A stretch of 64,000 nucleotides of DNA from Carcharhinus longimanus. Lineage: Eukaryota. The number at the start of each line of letters is the position of its first letter. The first letter of the stretch is position 1. Positions 52,499 to 62,242 of this stretch are shown here, one piece after another. Position numbers and translations under genes: made by a program. The notes under the pieces are model-generated. The model did not search any database. It was given only the letters and a program-made list of their open reading frames with translations, and had not been told where the DNA came from. The stretch is from assembly GCA_030264375.1 (NCBI GenBank), contig JASCQW010000190.1, forward strand, positions 43,588,337 through 43,652,336, read 5' to 3'.

Positions 52499-52984
52499 CT
52501 CACTGTTGGTGAGTTAGTTGGTTGGCTTCGATAGGCGAACTGGAGTAGAGATGATCGAATCTATGGGAATCAGACTGAGCCAACAATGCAATTAAAAATG
52601 GGTGAAAATTAGGGAAATTTGTGGTACTGTCAGATAGAAACAGGAACCGATTGCTTGTGCTGATCGACTAAGGACAAGGAAGTGCCTGTCTCAAATGTAG
52701 CCTTAGACCGGTTGTTAAGAGGGGAAATCCCCCACACGAAGGTCAGGACCCTGAAGTGGGTATACAGGCACCAAGGCACTTAGGATCATGAAGCATAAGT
52801 GATAAAGGTCATTTAGCATCAAACTTTGTAGTGGCAAACAAACAAAGTTTGCCACCTGTTCACATAAAAGTTTGTGTAGTTTGTCTACTTGTCTGTTACG
52901 TTATAAAGCAGTGAGGTAAGGAGCTGATCACTCTGACCTAGAGCCGGACTCCAGTGGAGGAAACAAGTTGCCAAGGAGGTAATC

Positions 52985-54411
52985 ATGGCCATGGGCATAA
53001 ACAGAAATCCTAATGGTGGAAAAAACACGTTGCTAAGGGAGTAATCACGGCCAGGGGTGTAGAAGTCTGCAAGGTGGCAGGTAGAAAAACTAAGTGGGGA
53101 CCTGCGGAATCCCTTGTTGATAAATATATGACAGACAGACATGAGCTGATTAAGAAGATGCAAAGGGATGGCTGGGATGTTCTCAGACCTTAGAATAACA
53201 GAGAAAGTGGGTAAATGGGGACAAAAAAGAGACAAAACAAAAAAGGCAGGGGTCTTATTAGTACATCAATTAGCTGGACTAATTGAACAAGTAGTCGCTT
53301 CCACTAAAAAAGTGGAACAAAGATAAGGATAAGATTAAAAAATTAGAATCCAGAATAAGGGAATTGGCGAAGAGGAATCAAGTATTAGAGTAGAATCAAT
53401 GGGGAGGGGAAACTGTAGCTCTGCCCCCTTATGAGTCCACACAACAGGGACCAACCACCTCTCCAGAGGAAGGGGAAGCGCTAGAACTCAACTTGGCGCC
53501 AGTGACCCGAGGGGGAATGGACGCGCAGCCAACAGCAAATTACAAACCATCAACCCGGGCAAAAGACAACAGATAATGGCCTCCCTGGGTAAACTACAAC
53601 CTAGAAGCGCAAATACGAAGTTTTGGGATGAATTAGATACGGTTTGGGTAGGACACCAACTGCACCTAAGGGATATACACCAATTGGTTAGGGCCGTATG
53701 TCCAGCAGATAACTGGAGGCAGGTAGCCGGAGGGCCTGCCATTCCCCCAGCACAAGATTACAGTGGGGGACATTGGACACATGCAATCGCCCTAACAGCA
53801 GAAATAGATGCCCAACAGGCACCCTTCACCCTGTTTAAAACAGAAGTCCAAAGAGTTTTAGGAAATGCTCCTACTAATTGGAGTAGAATCGCAATGACCA
53901 AACAGCGAAAGGAGGAAGGAGCTTCTGAATATGGGGAACAGTATACCAGGAATACTCAGGGCAAGGAAACCCAGGCCGTGGGGATTGAGCTTTTATTCAA
54001 GCTTTCAAGGATGGGCTCTCCAGCACTCACCAAATCATCCTAAAGATGGGCGTGATCATGTGCCATGATTAGGATGAACTGGTGGAATGGACTAGTGGTG
54101 CACTTGGAGGCAGGAGGAGAAATCTCAGACGAGGACAAAACAGGAAAGGGTAGCCGCATCTGGTAGCGGGAGTGGACCTAAGCCCAAACTGACCTGCCAC
54201 AATTGTGGCCAACAAGGGCACTTTGCAAAGGAATGCTGGGTCCCAAGAAAAGGAAATAAATTTGGAAACAGTGGGAGACATTGTAATCATTGTAATAAAA
54301 ATGGACACACAGAAGCAATATGTTGGGACAAACATGGGAGACCCCCTGCCCCAATCCATGTCCATAGCAGAATTGGAGGAACTAAGGAACCTCGGAGATC
54401 AGCAAGACTGA
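52985..54411 (+). pseudogene. gag: ERV gag (disrupted); start position approximate
   Basis: Capsid-like ORF 53576-54043 with MHR-like KQRKEEGASEY; two CX2CX4HX4C knuckles CHNCGQQGHFAKEC (54195-54236) and CNHCNKNGHTEAIC (54282-54323). Confidence 0.85.
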
Positions 54412-55898
54412 TGGCCTGCAGTCCCCATTCATAAGGTAAGGAACTACGTGTCTGCATTAGTACAGGGCAGGCGATGTGTGATGCTGGTAGACACAGGAAC
54501 ATCAATGTCTGTCACTGACCTTCCCTTACACAATACAAGTAGGATGATTTATTTAACAGGGATAGGAGGGAACAAAACACCTGCCTACCTGAGTGAGACC
54601 ATGTTGGTAGGAATAAATAATTTGTATATACCTATGAGATTCTATGTATGTAAAAATAACGAGGTTACAATAATGGGAAATGATTTAATGAAGGAGTATG
54701 AAATATTGATTGGCTGGGGGAAGAGAGAATTAATCTGGTCAAAACAGAATGCTGGAAAACCAGAACAGGAAAACTCAAGTCACCTCGAGGCTATCAAGGT
54801 GGCCACAGCCACCACCAGAAATTGGCAACTAGAAACAGAGGGGTTTGGAGCCATCCATCCCTGGAACATGGGCAGAAATGAAATTCGACACTGGCCCAAC
54901 CAAAACTGACCCAATAAAGGTGCCCGGTCCGGAGCACAAATCCCACCGACACTATCCGATAAAACCGGAAGCAAAGGCAACTGTAGTATAAATAGTTAAA
55001 GGGTTCTTGGAGAAAGAAATCCTGAAGGAAACCACTAACTCCCCAACTTGGCCAGTGAGCAAACGCGACAGAAGTTACAGTCTCACGATAGACTACAGCA
55101 GCATCAGTAAAGTCACGTCCAAATTGCACCCCATTGTAGCAAGCCCCTCGACAATCCTGAATGGATTATCACCGGAGCACAAAATCTTTACTGTATTGGA
55201 TATAACCAATGGATTCTGGTCCCTACCCTTGGATCCCGAATCCCAAGACAAATTTTCCTTTACAGTGGGAGACAAACAGTACACATGGATTCACCTACTG
55301 CAGGGATTCCACAATAGCTCTGCTATCTTCCACTGAGTAATGAGTGACATCCTAAACAGGGTAAAACTGCCAGAGGGTAGCACGATTCTACAATACATGG
55401 ATGATATATTAATAGCTTCAGAATCTAAATCAGGACATCAAGGAGCACTACACCTAGTGTTGAATGAACTGAAAACCACAGGGTTAAAGGTCAGCCCCAA
55501 AAAGACACAAATTGGGAAAACACAAGTCCTATACCTAGAACACCTAATATCACAAGGGCTAAAAGAAATGCCAACAGACTGAAAGAAAGCAGTACAACAA
55601 ATGCCATGGCCAGTCACCGTGAGGAGTCAGAAAGGTGCTGGGATTGTTTAACTATAGCCAAAGTTTTATCCCAGAATTCGCAAAATTGGCAGAGCCTATA
55701 CAAAGACTAGTTAAAGAGGGAAAGCCGTAGAATGGGAACCTGAGCAAGAAGAAGCTTTTCACAAATTAAAGACAGAACTGATATCAGCCCCCGGACTGGG
55801 AGCACCAGATTCCAATAAAGATTACCACGTACACTGTAATCATGAAAGGGGGTTCTACTCCACAGTAGTAACGCAAGATCATGGTGATAAACGGAGAT
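54412..55898 (+). pseudogene. pol: ERV protease + RT + partial tether, copy 1 (disrupted)
   Basis: MLVDTG protease site, IMGNDLM, NSPTWPV, LDITNGFWSLPL, QGFHNS, QYMDDILI. Confidence 0.92.
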
Positions 55899-56072
55899 AG
55901 TAGTCATGATGTGGGTATGCCAGCATTGGACTGGCGTAAACACAGTAAAAAGTCTGACAACACCAGGTTTTANNNNNNNNNNNNNNNNNNNNNNNNNNNN
56001 NNNNNNNNNNNNNNNNNNNNNNNNNNNNNNNNNNNNNNNNNNNNNNNNNNNNNNNNNNNNNNNNNNNNNNNN
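55899..56072. mobile_element. Young short-repeat insertion plus N-gap at the duplication junction
   Basis: GATGTGGGTATGCCAGCATTGGACTGGCGTAAACACAGTAAAAAGTCTGACAACACCAGG differs at one base from the 49711 element. Confidence 0.8.
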
Positions 56073-59000
56073 ATAATTATGGTCGACAAGGGCATTTTGC
56101 AAAGGAGTGCAGGATTCCAGAGAAAGGAAATAAATTTGGAAACAGTGGGAGACGTTGTAATTATTGTAATAAAAATGGACACACGGAAGCAGTGTGTTGT
56201 GACAAACATGGGGAGACCCCTGCCCCAGTCCATGTCCACAGCAGAATTGGAGGAACTAAGGAACCTCTGAGACCAGCAAGATTGATGGTCTGCAGCCCCC
56301 ATTCATAAGGGTAAGAAGGAGGGAAGGATCTATGTGTCTGCACTAGTAGGGCAATGTGAGATGCTGGTGGACACAGGTGCATCCATATCTGTCACCGACC
56401 TTCCTTTACCCACTACAAGTAGGATGCTTTATCTAACAGGGATAGGAGGGAACAAAACACCTGCCTATCTGAGCAAGACCACGTTAGTATAATTAAACAA
56501 TTCGTACATACTTATGAGATTCTATGTATGTAAAGATAACAAAAGTACAATAATGGGAAATGATTTAATGAAGAAGTATGAAATTTTGATTGATTGTGGG
56601 AAGGGAGAGCTAATCTGGCCAACACAGGATGGCCGGAAAACCGGAACAGGAAAACTCATGAGCCATGTCGAGACTATCAAGGTGGCCACAGTCACCACCA
56701 GAGATTGGTGACTAGAAACAAAGGGCTTTGGAGCCATTTGTGCCTCTGTCCCTTCAGTTTGGGCCAAAATGAAATTAGATACTGGCCTAACCAAAACTGA
56801 CCCGATAAAGTGGCCCGGACTGGAGCATAAACCCCATCGACGGTACCCGATAAAACCGGAAGCAAAGGCAGCTGGAGTGGAAATAAAGGGTTAGTGGAGA
56901 ACAGAATCCTGAGGGAAACTACAGTACCATTAACTCCCCTACCTGGTCAGTGAGCAAACTCGATGGAAGTAACAGACTCACAATAGACTACACCACCCTC
57001 AATAAAGTCGCGTCCAAATTGCACCCCACTGTAGCGAGCCTCTCGACAATCCTGAATGGATTGTCACCGGAGCATAAAATTTTTACCGTATTAGATATAG
57101 CCAATGGATTCTGGTCCCTACCCTTGGATCCGAATCCCAAGACAAATTTGCATTTACAGTGGGAGACAAATAGTACACTTGGACTCACCTACCGCAGGGA
57201 TTCCACAATAGCCCCGCTATCTTCCATCGAGTAATGAGTGACATTCTGAACAGGGTAGAACTACCAGAGGGTAGCACAATTCTACAATACATGGATGATA
57301 TATTAATAGCTTCAGAATCTAAGTCAGGCTATCAGGGAGCACTATACCTAGTGTTGAATGAACTGAAAACCGCAGGGTTAAAGGTGAGCCTTAAAAAGGC
57401 ACAAATCAGGGAAACACAAGTCCTGTTTCCACGACGCTTAATATCACGAGGGCTTAAAGAAATGCCAACAGACTGAAAGAAGGCGGTACAACAAATGCCG
57501 CGGCCAGTCACCATACGAGGAGTCAGGAAGGTGCTGGGATACTTAACTATAGATGAAGTTCTATCCCAGAATTCGCAAAATTGGCAGAGCCTATAGAGAG
57601 ACTAGCTAAAGGGGGAAAACCAGCTTTAAACTCCATAGAATGGGAACCTGAGCAAGAAGAAGCCTATAATAAAGGCAGAACTTATATCAGCCCCCGGACT
57701 GGGACTACCAGATTCCAATAAAGATTTCCACATACACTGTAATAATGAAGTGAGGTTCTACTCTGCAGTAGTAATGCATGGCGATAAACAGAGACCCATA
57801 GGTTACTATTCAACAGCAGAAGGGTCGGTAGTAACCGACTGCCAAGATGCATAATCGCCTTAGATTGCGCCACCTGGGCCATAAAGGTTAGCGAACCAAT
57901 AGTAATGACACGAAGTATAATCCTCCACACCAAACACACCTTGGTGGAAATGCTAAATACAGGAAAGTTAAGGTCCGTCTTGAACGTGAGAAGGGCCAAG
58001 TGGGAAGTCGTCCCCCTACCTCCCAGCAAATCAGTTAGAATAGTAAGGGACACAGGAGATAACCCAATAGAAGGAATTCTGGATACAGGAGAACCACATA
58101 ACTGGGAGACGTAGATATGGATGTAGGAGGAGGTACGGTAAAGGATGTACTTTTAGCAACAGCTGAGGAGATCCTTTTCATAGATGGCTCACATAAATAC
58201 ATGGAAGGATCGCCCCGGACAGGATGGGCAATAGCAAATGAAAAATTGGAAACAGTAAAGTCAGAAAGAATTGACAGAGATCTATCCGCGCAGGTGGTGG
58301 AACTACTGGCATTCACAAAGGCACGAGAATTGTCTGAAGGAAAGACGATAAACATATATACTGATAGTGGGTATGCATTCAGGGTAATACACGATTATAC
58401 AATGGCATGGGGTAGAAGGGGGTTTGTAATCACGGGAGGAACTCCTATTAAACACCAACAAAGAATCGAGGCATTACTAAAAGCCAGCAAAAAACCCCGA
58501 GAAGCGGCAGTAATAAAAATTAAAGCGCATCAGAAGGAATCAGAAAGGGGTAACCCAGATTGGTTAAATTACAAACAGAACCAAGCCACAGGTAGAGCAG
58601 CGCAATTAGCATTAGAGCAGGAGGCAGTTAGCCAGTTGCCAATAGCAGTAACGAGCCAGACAGAAGGCGAAATAGATATTCAGGACTTACATGAGGATAC
58701 CACGAAAGAGGAAAAGGGGAAGTGGGAAGCACAGGGCGTGAGCAGAGGGACGGATAACATTTGGAGACAAAATGACAAGGTAATGGCACTGGACTGCATA
58801 CAAAACATCCTCTTGGGACTACACCATGGACTCTCACATGCGGGAAGAGAGGTCATGGCAACTAATCTAGGAAAAGAATGGGTGGAAAGGAATGGCAAGG
58901 GACATAGCTCAACACTGTCACCGATGCATGACATGCTCCCAATACAAGCTCAGTCAACCCATAAAAATTAAGATGGGGCATCAGCCCCGACCAAAGGGGC

Positions 59001-59790
59001 CCTGGGAACATCTGCAAATAGATTTCACAGGGCCACTGCCAACAGTCCCACAGCAAAACCTATTGTCTGATTATTATTGACCAGTTCACCAGGTGGGTAG
59101 AAGTGTTCCCTACTAAAAATTGTACTGCTACCACAGTGGCTAGAATATTGGCAGAGGAGGTAATCCCTAGATGGGGAGTACCCATACAAATTGATTCGGA
59201 TCAAGGGGCGACGCATTTCACCAGAAAGGCGGTAAAACAGTGTGCCAACTGATGGGAATAAAACAAAAATTCCACATCCCCTATCACCTGCAGAGTTCTG
59301 GAATGGTGGAACGCATGAACAGAACCCTTAAGATGCACTGGCCAAGGCCATGCAAATGGCAGGAAAAACGTGGACAGAAGTATTACCCACTATATTAATA
59401 AGGTTACGAGCCATCACAAACCGGACAACTGGATCAACCCCTTATGAACTAATGACAGGAAGGGCGATGCAATCACCAGAAAGCATCATAACAGGTGGGG
59501 CCGATGTAGTTCCATTAAAAGATACAATTAAAAGATATGCATCCAACTAAAAGGGATGCATAAATTAGTAAAGGATAATCAGGAAAAAAGAGACGGAGAG
59601 AGAGAGCTTGAAATGCTCCCCGACATCCCAAGTTGCATCATGGTAAAATCATTACCTGAAAAACCAGGGTTTGTACCAAATGGAATGGGCCATATGACGT
59701 CATAATTAGTGGAGATTCTTGTGCCTGTCTGGATATAAGAGGGAAAGGTGTACGGCAACATTGTACCCGGAAATGATTAGTGATATTAAA
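56073..59790 (+). pseudogene. pol: ERV gag C-terminus + protease + RT (copy 2) + RNase H + integrase (disrupted)
   Basis: LVDTGAS, LDIANGFWSLPL, LPQGFHNSP, YMDD; RNase H FIDGS/SAQVVEL/IYTDSGYAF; integrase HHGLSH..CMTC, LQIDFTGPLP, IDSDQG, SSGMVERMNRTLK. Confidence 0.93.
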
Positions 59791-59844
59791 GTGACCAGAG
59801 TGCTTACCCTGAAACAGGTGACGACTACAAGTAAGATTAACTGA

Positions 59845-61339
59845 CATGTTCGGGTTGGCAATACAGCCTTTGGGAAATTGTTAACATAGAGTAATAAGAC
59901 TGATATTTGCGTGTTGCTAACATGTCTAAGATTACATTCATATATATATATTGCATTACTCTATGTTGTCGTGATTGTAAGATTAACAGGGCTATAGGAT
60001 AACTTATTCTACAAGGCTCATGTACATTTATACAGTAATCGAGGTGTTACCCGTTAGCCCAATCTGTAGAGGCCCTATTTGTGGCCACCCCTGGGTGGAC
60101 TGCCCACAACTTACATACGGCAGATACCTTGGACACACCGTGTAAAGGACAAACAGACAAATATAAAAGGGTCATACAGGGAAGACGTGTAAAACTGATA
60201 AACACCACTGCTCCTGTTGTAGGGGGCTCCAGGGAGTGGGAAGAAGAGTATGCTCGGATGATGCAAGCTACCTGCTTTGCTTTTCGGGGCAGGGATGGGG
60301 ATGTGCATATGCCTTGGTCACCAAGAATGTTTCCTGTGTACAAACGCAGTGTGTCTGTCAGCACTGTCGGGTAAACAGAGGCCAGTTCACTTGTACCTGT
60401 AACAGCAAAGACGCCTGAAAGTAGCCGCGGGGAGACAACTTATTTGTGGTCAGTGTAATGGGACTCATGTCAGTTCAGCCGAATGGGCATACCCGTTTGA
60501 CGCTTACCAATTATAGGATCAGGCAGAAAGACAAGCGAACCCACTAATTTGCGGTATATACAGACCAGTAACCAGGATATTAAATGCTACTGGGCCAAGA
60601 AGGGATTTGTGTTCCTCCTTAACAGCACCTTCACAACGGCAACACCAACCCTCCCAAACCTTTTTGCAGTAGGTACAATAGGACCACTCACCATTCCATG
60701 CCCTCAAAAGGGGCATATCTGGGGAAAGATAGTGGCCTGGGCCATCAGGAAGGAATTCTGTGCCAATTGGGAAGTTCCGATCACACTGGGATTGTCATTC
60801 GGCTACAGGTTCCAATAGAAACCATATTATCTGTGGATTAACCATCCTGGGAAACAGTACATCAAAGGCACTGGAGGCCATCAACCAAGAATTGGCTGAA
60901 TTAAGATTATACGCACAGCAGACCCGCTATACCATAGACTATCAGCAAGCCCAACAGGGGCAAGTATGCACAATAATAGCAGACAGATGTATAACACATG
61001 TTACAAATGAATCCTACAATATTAGCCAAGTCATTAATAACATAAGAAAGCAGCTCGATGACTTTAGTCAAGGTCCCAAGAAGGGGAATAGTAGCTCCAA
61101 TGGTTATTGGGGGGATCCGGGGGTACTATTAAATGCACAGACTGATTATTCTCGCTGCAGTAATAATTGTCTGGTGCCGAATTATCGGGTGTCTCAATGT
61201 ATGTTGTAAAGTCATGATGATTCGGATTGTGCCAGGGGCCAGAGTGGTCACCAAAGAAGAACATCTGATGGGAGCTCCCGAAGACACCAAGGATGACGAC
61301 GATGAAGGAAAGGACGAGAAGGTGGGCGTCTACCTGTGA
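59845..61339 (+). pseudogene. env: ERV env (disrupted); start position approximate
   Basis: TM heptad/ISD-like NSTSKALEAINQELAELRLYAQQTRYTIDYQQAQQGQVCTIIADRC, membrane anchor LIILAAVIIVWC, acidic cytoplasmic tail; Cys- and N-glycosylation-site-rich SU fragments upstream. Confidence 0.88.
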
Positions 61340-61431
61340 ACACGTGACCTTTGGTTAGGGTCAGGCATATCAATTGCCGGATCCACGATGCTGCTAATGT
61401 TGATCCATCGGATTAGATCATAATCTTGACT

Positions 61432-61442
61432 AAAAGGGGGAG
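61432..61442 (+). other. Polypurine tract
   Basis: AAAAGGGGGAG one base upstream of the 3' LTR. Confidence 0.9.
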
Positions 61443-61443
61443 T

Positions 61444-61776
61444 TGTTGGAGTAGCTTCAGATAAAGCAGAGCCAAAACAATGAGTTTCAGTAACGAAATC
61501 ATCGATGGGGGGCATAAATGTATCTACTCTATGTATAACAATGTGCTAACTGAGGATTTCCGTACTTGTCTACTCTATGTATAACGATGTGCTACCAGCT
61601 AATGTCCGTACTTGTCCATTATTTGAAAATGTATAAAAGATACTCAGCTGGCATTGTAAAGTTGAGAAGGTGACTGCGCGCACTGCAGAGAGCCCAGCGC
61701 TTATGCTAAAGCTTTGTCCAATAAAACTGCATGTTGAATCTTAGATCTAACTCCAAATGGTGATTTTCCCACAACA
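61444..61776 (+). promoter_or_regulatory. 3' LTR (333 bp; lacks ~160 bp of U3)
   Basis: TGTTGGA...CCACAACA; TATAAAA 61632-61638; AATAAA 61720-61725; colinear with 52149-52476. Confidence 0.93.
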
Positions 61777-62198
61777 GGGCCTAACAGTGAAAAATGGACC
61801 AAGGCTAAAGACAATTAATTGATATATCTTTATGTAGAAACTATCAGCGATCATTCCAAATATTATGCATCTACACTTGATCTTCCAACTTCATATTTGA
61901 GTAAAACTATTAAGCTGGAAGTTGAATATATGTACTATAACATGTACACTTTGTATAACATTTAGGCATTAAAGCAGTTAAAATATGTTGGTTGGGTACA
62001 TGGAACATTGGTTAGTCTGGAAGGGAGGACTCAAAGAAAGTTTGGAGATTTCTGGTATAAACATGCACAAGTCCAAATGCTGCAGAAAAAGTGTTTGAAG
62101 ATACCTCCAATTTTATTCAAGTTCCACTACACTCATTTTTATCAACTTCAAATTATTGATGTGCTAGGTAATTAGACAGAAAAATGAAAAATACTCAC

Positions 62199-62242
62199 CA
62201 ATTGTAGAAATGTTCAACTTTCATTTCTCTTAAGTACAGCAT
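62199..62242 (-). CDS. 44-nt coding exon of the host gene, MLYLREMKVEHFYN(W), phase 0-2
   Basis: Acceptor CCAATTTTACAG, donor TTG|GTGAGT, only one open frame; splices in frame to 29800-29928 (…FYNW-VTKEV…). Confidence 0.65.

Larger units (their letters stand above)
51979..61776 (+). mobile_element. Full-length decayed endogenous retrovirus (LTR-gag-pro-pol-env-LTR), class III/spuma-related by RT motifs
   Basis: Two LTRs TGTTGGA...TTCCCACAACA, GGGC TSD (51975-51978, 61777-61780), tRNA-Ser PBS, PPT, and Gag/PR/RT/RNaseH/IN/Env motifs in retroviral order. Confidence 0.96.

Noticed and set aside
51979-61776. Interpretation as a Gypsy LTR retrotransposon or a true foamy virus
   Set aside because: A retroviral tether plus second RNase H and a TM/ISD-type env argue against Gypsy; zinc knuckles, Ser PBS, short LTRs and no accessory ORFs argue against foamy virus.
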